Shown: one piece after another, positions 30,512-42,672 of the stretch
How positions within the stretch are numbered: position 1 is the first letter of the stretch
How the letters are laid out: each line of letters starts with the position of its first letter
Virus record (IMG/VR): IMGVR_UViG_3300033153_009397
Span: 1 to 64,000 of that record
Source: a virus
DNA length: 64,000 nucleotides
Direction: 5' to 3' (one strand)
Position numbers and translations under genes: made by a program
Notes under the pieces: generated by a model
Database searches by the model: none
What the model saw: only the letters and a program-made list of their open reading frames with translations
What the model was told of the DNA's origin: nothing

Positions 30512-33500
30512 TTAACTGATACTGAAATAATCCTCTTCATCTTCGTCTTCATCAGAAAAGTCTATGTCAGCCCAATGCATACATGCTCTCAAGAGATGAT
30601 TGTAATCGCCCATTTTAGCGTATTTGTAGAATTCTTTTTCTTGGGTAATGTAACCTTCTCTATACTCGGGGTACTGGTGCCTTTGCCTTTTAATGGCATT
30701 AGCAACAATGCCCATAAGATTAAAGGCATTGCTATTGACACCAGTAAAACTAACAGAGGGTTTATCGTACCATTCGGGTAGTTCTGGAAATTCGATTTGC
30801 TGTTCAGTCATTTTAAATCCTCCTTAATCTTCTTTTTGTAACTTTCGCAGTACATCCCATCTCTCGGTATATTTCTGATAGTGACTTTCTTTTTGGAGCA
30901 ATAAAGCTCCATCTCGTCGAAATATTTGCAGTCTTCTTCATGGCAATACATTGTCCTTCTGAAAAAGTATATAGGTATTTTACGTTTCTCTCCTTTCTTC
31001 ATTCGTAACGTACCTCCTTGTTTTTCTCTCGTTCTATGGCATAAAGGGAAGCCATGAATTCAACACCGTTGAAAGTGTGTCGAGAATTGCCAAGCATAAC
31101 GAGTTTGTAGTTTTTAAGAGCATAAGAGAAGCCAATGAGTAGATTAGTAACAGCAAGACGCAATGAAACTTCATCATCATGTCTATAAAGCAGAACAAAC
31201 TCGGGAACTATGGTAAAAGCATGTCTGGTATGAGCATGAGAAGTACGGTAACTATAATGTTCAGTATAGCGTCGAACTACCCTCTCTTGTAAAATAATTG
31301 CTGGTTCAAGTTCAAACATCTTACGTAAGCGTCGAATAACAAAACAAAGAGAAGGGGGCAAAAACTGGTCAATGACATGCCAATAATAGTAATCATCTGC
31401 ATCTGTAATAGGCAAACTCTTCATGGCTTCAAGGTAAGGAATATCATACTCGGCATAAGAGCCATAGCCTTCTTTTTGGAGCTTATCAAAGGGTGTTCTA
31501 AACTTTGTAGGTTGCCAATTTACTAAAATTCCCGTATATCTATGAGGATAGAAGGAAGGGAGAATGTAAGTATCACTTTTAGTCATCAATATCTACCTTC
31601 CTCCACCTTTATGCTAAAATCATATGTTGAATATTTTGAGTTTAGTAACAGAACAGCAAAGAAAAAGACGACAGCCGTTTCAAAGGAGCATTTGCCAAGT
31701 AAATATAGGACTGGAATAAGGATAATTGCTACTAGAGTCGTTATACCTATAACAAAAGTGATGCAATTAATACGATATTGGAGAAGCTTTATTCTATACC
31801 AGTGTTCTTCAGTCATTAGAGCTCTACCTCTACATGCTTACGAACTTCTTTAATGGCTTCGTCGTACTGTTTTCGTAATTCAACAAGACGGGTCTTAATC
31901 TCGTTTTTCTTTTCAGTCAGTGTATCAAATCTAGATGGATTAGAATTAATCCAAACAGATTGACCCTTATGCAAAGTTGCTTCTTGGTCGATATAGACGA
32001 TTTCATCTATTTCTTTATCGACCCTTCCCAAGCTTGCTATAGCTTGGCTGATTTGCTCTTTAATATCTTGTAAGACCTTAAGAGCTTCTTCATATTCTTC
32101 ATTTACTTTATTCATTTTTCTTTTCCTCCATTGATGAAGAGTTTATTTAGAGCGTTAAGGAAATCCCTTTCATTCTCATTGAGGAGTGAGCTTTTGATGT
32201 CTCCATAAGGATAATCTTTAAGCACCCTTGCAATTTTCTCTATTAGAAGGATTGCTTTATCCTTATGTTCAATAGGTACATAGTGACTTGATAGAATGCT
32301 GAAGAGATTACTAGTACGCATAATAACAATGAAATAAGGTATGCCTTCGGATTTTAGCCCTTTGGCTAACAAATCAGCGAAGTTTTTATTGAACTCTGCT
32401 GTACTATCACCCCATAGATGACACATATATTGTATCTCTGCTACCAGCTTTGTATTTTCAACTTCATAGTTTCCTCTCAAGGCATCAGTTTTAATGTAGG
32501 ATACATGTTTGCAGATATCAAGTATCCAGTCTTGATATATTCCAATTGCTGGTTGCCAAAAAAGATTATCTTGAGGGTCTCTTTCTTCTCCTACAATCTC
32601 AACGTTTCGATAAGCAATATCCCATAGTATAGGGTCATCATAGATAACTTTTAATTTCAGATTGTTGTGATAACCTAAAATCTGAACTGGACACTCATTC
32701 AACCTTTCGTAACAACCATAGCACAATCTTCCTTCTTTGCCTTCTATATGTGAGAATTCACATCCATCAACGTATTGTGCTTCTTGTGCATAGTCGTCGA
32801 AATCTTGGGTTTCTCCGTTTTCATCATCATATTCTATTATAGCATTACAGCTAACACAACGATTAAGCCTTTCTTCTTCTATCAGAGTGATTTTAAAGAT
32901 AGTGTCTTGGTCATGTTCAATATCGTAAGAAAGGAGCTCTAATGTCATAATTCCCAAGTCATGGATGTTTGAAACTGGTACTGGTATAAGTTCATAGTAA
33001 TCTAAATGATATTGCTTTATTAGGGTATCTAATGAGATATGACCTTGAGTTTCAAAGAAACTCTTTTTTAGGTCATCATACATCTCATTTATACGCCAGT
33101 TTAAAGTTATCATCCTTATTCCCATCCAAAACTTATGTCAAGAGCGTGTAGCCCTATCATTATCTTGCCTTCATGTGTATCATAGCCAAAGAACTCTCTA
33201 CACCAAAACTTTCTTGTTTTTCTATCTTTGAATAAATAGCGTATGAATTCTCTTTGTTCGAATTTATGTCCAATGATGGATATGAAAGTTTCTTCATCTA
33301 GAAGGTCAGAAATAGTAAGGTCAAGACGGTTAATTAAATCACTTGAATAAGTACGATAATAATTCTTTCTACTCTCACTTCCACAATTAAACCCGTAAGT
33401 AGCTAGGCAGAAGCTAGCCAATGGTATGTTTTTAACATGGAATTCTTTAGGGAGCTTCTGAATGAATTGCTTATATGCTTGGGTCTGTTTTAGTTTCTTT

Positions 33501-34696
33501 ATTTTGGTTCTATTGACTTTGTAAGTTTCAAGCTTCTGAATAATTTTTCTGATTTTACTCATTTGTTATTCCTCCTTTTGGGATTTCCCCATAATAATCT
33601 AGCAATAATTTCTGCTATTCCTCTTGTTGTCTCGATTTTTCCAGTATGCTTTATGACATGGTATCCATTACATTCTCTGCATTGTGTCTTGGGTATCCAT
33701 TCATTGGTTAAATAGACTGTATCAGCATCTACTATCTTGTCACAATCCCAACAGTAATGAGATTGAGGTAGTAATTTAAATCGGTGTTTAACTTCCATAA
33801 TCATTGCACTTTCTCTTTTTTCTCCTTTGTTCTTCTCCTCCTTTGTTCTTCTATCTCTTAATTTTTCCCATAGTGTGCGATGGTTGATATTGAAGAACTG
33901 TCCAAAGACTTGAACGTTTAGGAGCCATATTAGCTCTTGTACTTCGATTGTGTCTTTAATATCAGTGAGATTGTTAGTCTCATGTTTTTCTAGAACTTCA
34001 GTTAGCCTATTTAGAATTGCTCTACTATTGACTGGTAAAGCGTTTGAGTAGATAGTTTGTTCAATTTTCATCTTTCTATCACTTCCCATCCGAGAACCCA
34101 AGCAATGACATAAGCAGTCATTCTGTATTGTATTCCTCCTAGGAGGAGGTAAAATTGTAAGAAACGTCCTCCTCCTTCGACTCTGCTGATTTGTTCATTT
34201 GCACACTCTTGTAATTCTTGGTACTCATTGACCAATTGCTCTAGTTGTTCATGAGATTGAATTACAATAGGATTGCCTACATTGGTAAAAACGCTTTCTG
34301 AGCTGATAACGCTATAAGGTCGGTCTGGTACATCTTCTTCAAAGGTTCTTTGGCTTCTTTCTTTCCATTGTGCTATAAGTGTCATTTTAAAGTCTCCTCA
34401 AAGATATTTTTGCCATATTTGTATTCTAATGAGTTTTTGTGCAAAGGTAACGGGTCTAGCTTTTCGAGAATGGGTTTGACTTCCTCACGGCTGAATGGAA
34501 CTACAATTTCTTGTGCATGTAGTTCTTTTTCATGGTTATAATTAGGTTCAGAAGCCCAATCGGCATAGATGAGCCATCCTAAACAATTAGACCAGCATAA
34601 AACTGAATAATCTCCAGAAGGGAATTTCTCTGTTCTAACTCCGTAACGAGTACGGGTGGCTATTATGGAATTTATTGACTGAACTATGTCTGCCAA
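30512..34696 (-). CDS. Operon of about 10 hypothetical ORFs (30512-30811, 30808-31002, 30999-31589, 31586-31816 membrane, 31816-32115, 32112-33125, 33116-33562, 33559-34071, 34068-34385, 34382-34696)
   Basis: ATGA-coupled leftward ORFs downstream of element D. Confidence 0.65.
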
Positions 34697-34782
34697 TAGT
34701 ATTCCTCCTTTTTATTTGTGATTGTTTTTTTGGTCATTTTCAATCAGCCACAATTCTCAAAGGGTTTTTTAAAGATTTAGTG

Positions 34783-34817
34783 TAAGGAAACAAGGACACA
34801 AGGAAACAAGGACACAA
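34783..34817. promoter_or_regulatory. Element D: four tandem AAGGA[A/C]AC units
   Basis: TAAGGAAACAAGGACACAAGGAAACAAGGACACAA, 9 bp upstream of a leftward TATA. Confidence 0.75.
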
Positions 34818-34961
34818 AATTTAAATACTTTTGTTGTCTCTAAATATTGGGAGCATCTCACGCTTTCATACACAACCTAAAATTCCATTTTAGAGGTGCT
34901 CTCTCTTCTTTTTATATAAATAAGATGTTAGATATTTGATGGTAACGTAAAAAAGAAAAAT

Positions 34962-35033
34962 CCCCAGAGGCGAAAAGGCTTCGCTTTTGCGAAGATAGAT
35001 AGTTTTTGGGGCACGACAATGACGCCTCTGGGG
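34962..35033 (-). ncRNA. GC-rich structured element (possible sRNA or terminator)
   Basis: 11 bp stem CCCCAGAGGCG/CGCCTCTGGGG; internal hairpin CTTCGC-N4-GCGAAG; followed by a T tract on the minus strand. Confidence 0.45.
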
Positions 35034-35041
35034 GAACGTGA

Positions 35042-38000
35042 TTAATCTATGCCAAGTTTCTTCTTGATTTTATCTATCTTTGTTTGTAATATTCTACACT
35101 TCTCTTTGGCATTTTTATATTTGAGATATGCATATGGAGGAGTTGGCTGTCTATCGCACCAATCATAACTAGCTAGCTGGTATCGAAGCTTGCTCTCTTC
35201 ATACTCTATTTGTAATTTAGACAATTTTCGTCGCAGAAAATATTTAGTCCAAATCATTTTCATTCACCATCATTCTTGTAACTTCTGTAGTCTTTTTTTA
35301 TTACTTCAAAATTTGAGATTTGACCTTGCAAGAATTTGCTTTCTTTAGGTTCTAATCCCGCTTTTAGAGTTTCATAAACTATCGTATCTACTTCTGCTGG
35401 TGTGAGATTTTTTGGGATTGTAACTTCTGCTACATGTTCATAATAGCCATTCTCTGTCCATAGAACAGTTACTTTCTCGGTCTTTTTTTCTTGGTTCATG
35501 ATTTGTGCTCCTTCAACATTTTCTCATAGCATTCAATGTGGTAATATTCTACTTTTCCTACATAGTCCTCAAATCCTCCTTCGAGCTCATTAGAGAAAGC
35601 TACATCCATGACTACTATGCCATAGGTTGTTTTTCTCTCCTTATTTAGATTTTTACCACATATTTTACATGGATAGTTCCATGTTATGGCTTCTATATTT
35701 GTAGAAGCTACTTCATTTATCGGTTTTTTGTCGTTCATTTTTCTTCATCTCCTTTTCTATCTCTTTTGAAATATTTTTATAGAAACATTCTTCATCGTAG
35801 TAATATGGATAGTTTAGGTCGAGAGGTATCTCTGATATATCTGGTAGGTTCTCACTATCGTATTTTGCTATCCATTCATATACTATCATTGCTTCTTCTC
35901 CTTCTTTTATTGGCTTCCCGCATTTTCTACATTCTTTCATTTTTCTTCACCTTCTTCTCTATCTCTTTTGAAATATTGTTTGAAGATAACTCTCTCTTTA
36001 CCGTCACAAGGTAGTTGTCCTATCCCGTCGATAAATCCTCCAGATACTGTTTTATATATCATTACAGCTTTGCCTTTTAGCTCATGGAATTCTTCAACAT
36101 CGAACATTCGCATAATATCGGTAACTAGCTTCATTCCATAGGGAGATACTATTCTCTCTATAAATTTCCCTCTTTCATCTTTTATTGGTTCGCAGAGTAT
36201 CAAACTTATTCCTTGTGCTCCTATCTCCAAGTCAAACACTATATGCATCGTGAAAAATTTTTCTAGTGATAATGAGACTTCAGTTATTCGGGCGATTTCT
36301 TTCCAAAAACCTTTCGAACCGCCCAGTGTTCTCTCTTTATTTAAATCCATGATAGTCTGTATATCCACATTAAAAATCTCTTCATGTCGTTGATTTATGA
36401 CCTCTTTCTGGTCATTTTTTCTTTCATTATTAGTCATCTTTTTTACCTTCTTTTTCTACTGGGACATAGCAACGAGCTGTTAAGGTCAAATCTGGTTCAA
36501 TATACATTTGATATATTTGTAGATTATCTAATTCCCATTCTGTTATTTGTCCTTCTTCAATTTCTGTTCTGATAAGTCCTTTTATCAAATTCAGTAAAGC
36601 AACAGATAGTTTGATATACTTTGTATTTGGTGTTTTGCAACGAAGACAATGATAATCATTTTCCATCTTGAAGAGTAGTGCTCCGCATAATAGGCAACTT
36701 TTTCTTTCTTCTATTAGATTATTCATTATTATTCACATTCCATTCTGCGAGTGACTTTGTTAGTTGGGGGCTTCTCGTTTGGTTCTTCATCTTGGTACAG
36801 CTCAATTCTCTTATCGGTCATTATGGGTATTTTTATATACTTCATTGTTCTTTCCTCTTTTTGTCGAGTTTCCAATCAACAAAAGCCATATCTATAGCGG
36901 TGTCTATATCAGTATCCTTACCAGAAGTGTTAAATACTTTGGCTACATAGTTTTCGATATAATATAATATATCAACTTGTTCTTTTGTCCTTTTATTCTC
37001 TGGGGTTTCACAAGCATTTATATAATCATTGAAGTGTTTAATTTTCTCTTCTTCTCTTCTTATTGTTTCATCTGTTATTGCGAAGTCTCTTTCTTCACCT
37101 TCATTGCGTTTGATTGCTTGTTTAAGCCATTCCATACTGCCATCTCTAATTCGTATTATATCATAATACAAATCTCTCGTTGTATAACAATATGAATATA
37201 ATTCTTCATTTTTTTCTTCATTGTCGGTCATGTTGATTTAACATGTACTACTATATTTTTAAACATTTTGGTCATATTCAAAGGTTGAAAAAAAAAGAAG
37301 GTTAAGATATAGATGTGAGATATCTTAAGCATTGAATATATGAGAAACGAAGTATCCTTCTTCTGACCACTGTAGGACATAAATTCTTGTACCTTTTTTG
37401 ATTTCTGCATTAGCACAAGCCATATCATATTCATGTTCATCTTTATCGAAGTACCTTGTTATTTGTCCATTCCACTCTATTGTGCTGAACCATTTTCCAG
37501 CCCAACTATCGTTTGCTCCTATAAGTTTTCTATATTCTTTGTCTATTTCCCAAGCTAGTTCAACAGCTTTTCTATATATACTTCCTCCATACATATATCC
37601 ATAATCAGTAGTTTGTATTGAACTTGTGGCTACATCTCCATACTCGTTGGTTGGTTCTACTTCTATCCAGTCATACGTTTTATCATATCTCACTATATAT
37701 CTATAACCTTTTATTCTTGTTTCTGTCTCTTTTCCATCGTAGAGACATGCAAGTATTCTTCTTATTGTTCTTTTATCAGCCATTTTAAGTCACTGTATTT
37801 ACATGTATTTACATGTATTTAAATGTTTTGGAAAACATAAAAAAAAATAAAAAATTAGATTGAAGTAGGTTCGATAAGGACAATAATGATACTCCAATAT
37901 CCTTCTGGGGCATCATCAAGAATATCAACGCTGATTAAGTCCATGGTATAGTCTTTTGCTATCTTATTAGCTGTTTCCATGAGATAGTAAGCTGATAGCT

Positions 38001-39906
38001 GGTTGAGTGAGTGTTTATCTGGGAATAACTTGGGAATGAGGCTCTTGATAACGATAGCTTGTTCTACGCTTTCATGTCTTATAACATAAGTTTGTTTAGC
38101 CTTCATTTTCCTAGTCATTATGTCGGCAATATCTCTTTTCATAGTTGAACTAATGCGTCTCATTTTCACATCCTCTTTTAATCATTTTAAGTGCTTCTTT
38201 GCATCGTTCTGCCTCGTTTTGAACTTTTTTCTCTATTTTAGAAAAAATATCTGAAAGTCTAGTGGCTAACCATAAGGCTTGTTCTTTGCTTATTCTCCTC
38301 CTCATTGGTGTAGCTACATTTATTTCATTTCCAAATGGTACTTTTACGTTGATATATCTTCCATCTAATAGCCAGTAAGTGTTACCATCTAGATGGTCTC
38401 TCACTAGCCTTATATCGTGGTCATCGTATTCTATGTCAAAATTGGGTTCAATAGCATCTGCTAACCAATCGAATAGGTCAATGATAGTTTGGTCTAATTT
38501 TTGGGATATTCTGGTTCGTCCCGTGGCAGCTTGGTTGAGCATGTAAATACGTTCTTTGGTTAATCGTTTCATATTTTGACCTCCTCCAATATTTTGCTAT
38601 TATAGCCATTTTTTGCATTTATTTCATCCATTGCATTATTGTATGATATATAGTTGAATTCTATACATATCCAAGCTAGTTTCTTTTGGTTTAGACCATT
38701 TTGTCTTTGTTCTTCGGGTTGTAATACTTGATTGCCCCATTCACCTAGTTTTCCAAGATTGTAAGAAATTTCTTCGAGAATAGCATATTCGTCGCTATGA
38801 GTGTCAAAGTAAGTGATGATTTCGTCTAATTCATACAATATGTTTTCCCAATCTTCTGGATGAATAAATGGTCTTCTCGTTGCTTTATCTCTAAACTCTT
38901 GAAGGTAGTCTCTGCATTTGGATGAAAATTCTCCATCTGTTAATTCATCTCTTGTCCATTGTTGGTAGAAAGGATGGATGTAGATTATATATTGCCAATC
39001 ACTCATCTTCTTCCTCCTCCCAGCATTGTTCTTCTAACCATCGAGTTACTACTATATCTCTTGGAATGGCTTCTCCTTTAAGTACCTTTATTATTTCTTC
39101 TGTGTTTATTATTGTTCCTTGAGTGCATTTGCATGTAGCACATATTAGTTCTACTGCTACCCCATTGGCAAAGCTTATAATTCGATTGATATGAGGTTTG
39201 TGTCTGTTTTCACTTGCCATTTGGTATCTCCTCATCTGGTGTTAATGTAAAGATATCTTGTTTTTCATAGAGTTTTCTTAACTCTTGGTATTCCTCTTTT
39301 GTTAAATACATATCTGCCAAGAAACTAAAACCTTCTACTCTTTGTATTCTTTCAAAGACTAGCTGTTCTAATTGTTCTATTCGACTTGGATACTGTTTCC
39401 TTATTCCTTCGTAAGCTTCTATCGCTAAAATTTTGTCGTATAATTCTCTCTTTGTTCTTCCGTGAAGGAAACAGTCATTGTTAGCATCATATTTAAGAAT
39501 ATCAAATCTGTATCCATCTGTTATGAGTATTAGTTTTACCCCAATCATTTCTTGTAGCTTTCTTGTTCGTTCTAATAACATCTTTCTTGTTATTCCATTC
39601 ATGTTAATCATTCCCTTTCATTATTTCGATGTATAGAAACAGTTGAGGTATAGGCTTTTTTGAATATTCATCCCATCTATTATCTAAAAACCAACCAACC
39701 TCGCTCTCGTTGAACTGTAATAATGAACCTCTTATATCTTTCTTGAGTAGCTCGTAGAATTTTTCTTCAAAATTCTTTATTAAGTCAAATAGTTCTTCTT
39801 TGGTTGATTGCATTTGCCCAGTTTCTGCATAAGCCTCCGCATAGAAATAGTCTTCCATTTCTATTAGTTCCATCTTTTCAATGTTTGACTCCATTTCAGT
39901 CATCAC
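35042..39906 (-). CDS. Leftward clusters of small hypothetical ORFs
   Basis: Coupled ORFs with TATA boxes at about 37260, 37820 and 40515. Confidence 0.6.
37795..37826. repeat. Tandem TGTATTTACA repeat overlapping a TATA box
   Basis: TGTATTTACA TGTATTTACA TGTATTTAAA. Confidence 0.6.
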
Positions 39907-40067
39907 CTATTTCATATTTAACGGCTGAATTTGATAGTATTTCTATCAGAAGGTATGTAGCCTCTTCATAGTTTTCTACTTCCCATTCATTGATGGTTTT
40001 CCATTTGTCATTATCTCTTTCTAATGCTTTGATAATCATTTGTTTTCACTTCTTTTCGATTTCTCGG

Positions 40068-40487
40068 TCATTCTGATTTCATCTCTTCTAATTTTTCGGT
40101 TATTTCTTTCTCTATTTTTGGTAACCTTGTTTTTATGGTATTATATTCTCTCATAAGTGATACTATGAGCGGGTCTGAAGTATCTATTTTCCCCCATCCG
40201 TTATCTCTACTTGCTTTAACTCTTCGTAAAAATCCATGTATTTTTTGATGACAAGCGTGGCATAGTATTTGGCATTGTTTCATTTCTTTCTCTATTTCTT
40301 CTATTTCTTTTCCTTTTACTATCATTGTAGCAATGTTATTTTCTTCATCATATCTTGGTATTGGGTGATGTAATAAAAGTTTCTTGGTATAGCTACCACA
40401 AAATAGACAATTTTTTCCTTTTTTGAACTCCTTAAGGAGTTCTAATGACACTTTTCTTTTTAAAACACTTTTGCTTATCTCGGTCAT
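40068..40487 (-). CDS. HNH endonuclease-like protein
   Basis: CLFCG...LHH...CQILCHACHQKIH. Confidence 0.75.
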   Translation of the reverse strand: MTEISKSVLKRKVSLELLKEFKKGKNCLFCGSYTKKLLLHHPIPRYDEENNIATMIVKGKEIEEIEKEMKQCQILCHACHQKIHGFLRRVKASRDNGWGKIDTSDPLIVSLMREYNTIKTRLPKIEKEITEKLEEMKSE

Positions 40488-40638
40488 GTAATCTTACATT
40501 GTTTTTAACATATTTAAATGTTACGAGACATCACAAAATTTTTATTTAAACTTGTTTGGTTTTTGTAATATAAAATTGGCGTCTTTTATAGTTTCAGCCG
40601 TCGAAATGTTTAAATGTGACAAAAGAGATTTTAGAATA

Positions 40639-41281
40639 ATGACTGAATTAGAATTTTGTAGTATAGAAAACCGACTTACAGATAATGGGATAGGGTGTCT
40701 GAAAGAGGCTCGATTTGCTCTGGCTATTGGATTGGACGGAGTAATAAAGTTTTTACCTATACAAGAGATGGGAGTTATTGCAAACAATTATATTCCCTTA
40801 TGTGAAAAACATAAAAAGGAAATACAACAAGTCATCAAAAATATAAAAGAAAAAGAGAGAGAAAATGAACGTCTCAAGAACATCAAAGCTAATCATAAAA
40901 GAACATAAGATTGTAATGATAGTAGGAAATATGTATCCCACGTCCCAGAAGATACTTACTGGGTTACATCTTCTAGCTAGGAGGTTTGGGCAAGGTAATC
41001 ATCCCTCATATGTCATTGCCTATATGGTACCCAATAGAATTAAGACCGAGTTTGTTTGGGAGAAAATACCTAGCCATTTTTCTTCCAAGGATAAGATGTT
41101 AGATATACAGCGAGCTTGTGGGAGAAAACCCTCATTTAAAAGAATATGGTTTAACAAAAAGAAGAATAAGATGATATGTTACATTGAATTTAATACTTGT
41201 GAAAACGCTAAACTTTTAGATATCTATTTTGTTGAGCCCGAAGAATATTTCGACGGTTTGCGTAGTTATCAAACAAGATAA
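40639..41281 (+). CDS. Two hypothetical proteins (40639-40908, 40865-41281)
   Basis: Leaderless ATG 30 nt after TTTAAAT at 40609. Confidence 0.55.
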
Positions 41282-41328
41282 TTGTTTTATACCGAAATGT
41301 TTAAATGTATTTAAAGATAAAGTAGTAC

Positions 41329-41958
41329 ATGATGAAAATGACCGATAAAGATATTTTTTCGAGATATCTTCACCCAACAAGGTCTCAACACATTTTGTTG
41401 GGAAATAAGGAGAAATTAAGTGTGGGGGAAGTGGCTAGTCTCTTAGGGAAATCGGAAAATAGAATTAGACAGATGATTAATGATGGGGAGTTATTAGCAG
41501 ATAAAGTAGGTAGAAGATGGGAGGTTTATTCTTTTCCTCTTCTTGAAAAACTATCATCTTTTAAAAGACTGTTAAGAAAAGCCAAGATTGGAAGATTAAA
41601 CTCAGAGTATTATAGCAATATGTGGTATGCTAAAATGGATGAAACCTTCATTGAATATTTCATCTTTGATGATTTAGGAGATTCTGTTGAAAGAGTAATA
41701 AAGATTCATTATCTACGAATTAATGAGGCTAATGTTTCTGCTCAGTATATAGTTCCTTATTGTTCTATGACTATCACTTATAGTCAAGGAATTCCTATTG
41801 TTTATACTATGAGTCAGAGGTGGAATGTAGACAATAGATTTGATAATTATCCCAATAAGCTTATCAGTCCTAAATGGATGTTGTTAAGTTATTATTTGAT
41901 AAATGTGTACTTGATGTCTGAAGGTGAGAAACATGCCAATTGTGATAGTAAAAGGTGA
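41329..41958 (+). CDS. HTH (excisionase/MerR-like) DNA-binding protein
   Basis: LSVGEVASLLGKSENRIRQMINDGELLADKVGRRWEV. Confidence 0.8.
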   Translation: MMKMTDKDIFSRYLHPTRSQHILLGNKEKLSVGEVASLLGKSENRIRQMINDGELLADKVGRRWEVYSFPLLEKLSSFKRLLRKAKIGRLNSEYYSNMWYAKMDETFIEYFIFDDLGDSVERVIKIHYLRINEANVSAQYIVPYCSMTITYSQGIPIVYTMSQRWNVDNRFDNYPNKLISPKWMLLSYYLINVYLMSEGEKHANCDSKR

Positions 41959-42277
41959 AGGAGATATGAAAAAAGTGTCACGAGCTGTAAGAGTTCCAAG
42001 TGCTCTCAGAAAATGGATTGAGGATAGAGGGTTAGGATATACTCAAGCTATTAAGTTAGTAATGTCTTTGGAGTTGGAGCAAGGAGATATAGACTATATT
42101 GGCGATGGATATCTTATAACCTTTAAGGTTAGTGAAGCAGAAATAGAAGATTTAATGAGGGAATCAATAAGAATGAGGATACCTTATTCTACTATAATAA
42201 GAAGAAAGCTACTTAAATGGCATATAATGGAATGTGAAAAGAATGGAGAAACCGACATTATTACCAGAAATAATTGA
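41924..42277 (+). CDS. Tandem ribbon-helix-helix-like regulator
   Basis: AVRVPSALRKWI and ITFKVSEAE..YSTIIRRKL. Confidence 0.5.
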   Translation: MRNMPIVIVKGEGDMKKVSRAVRVPSALRKWIEDRGLGYTQAIKLVMSLELEQGDIDYIGDGYLITFKVSEAEIEDLMRESIRMRIPYSTIIRRKLLKWHIMECEKNGETDIITRNN

Positions 42278-42672
42278 GTTACATGATGATTTATCTGATT
42301 ATCTCTCAGAAGAAACGATAGATAAGGTTTTTATGAAACATCTTAAATTGTTTAATGATAGATTGAGAGAATTGGAGAAAATGAAGGAATTATGGGACAA
42401 TGAAGAAAAAGATGGTGATGAAAATTAAAGCTGGTTGGAGAGATTGTAAATGCATGTTAGAAAATTGTTGGATTGATGACAATAAGGATGAGCTTGAGAA
42501 AATGACCTCTACTTTTTTCAAGAGATTGTTAAATCGACTTATATTAAAAAGGAAGAGAAGAATATTCATATTGAAAATTAGTTTAAGCCCAGTAAAAGAT
42601 GAAGCGGATTTCTGTAAATATGATTGTGGGTATAATAGATGGGGAGAGATAAGAGAAGATAACGATTAGAGG

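Noticed and set aside
27441-34817. AAGGAAAC repeats as a CRISPR or mini-CRISPR array
   Set aside because: Copies are 1-5 kb apart, separated by genes, and internally inverted; there is no repeat-spacer periodicity
41329-41958. Excisionase implying an integrated provirus
   Set aside because: No integrase, att site or host genes in the window; the HTH is fused to a larger domain
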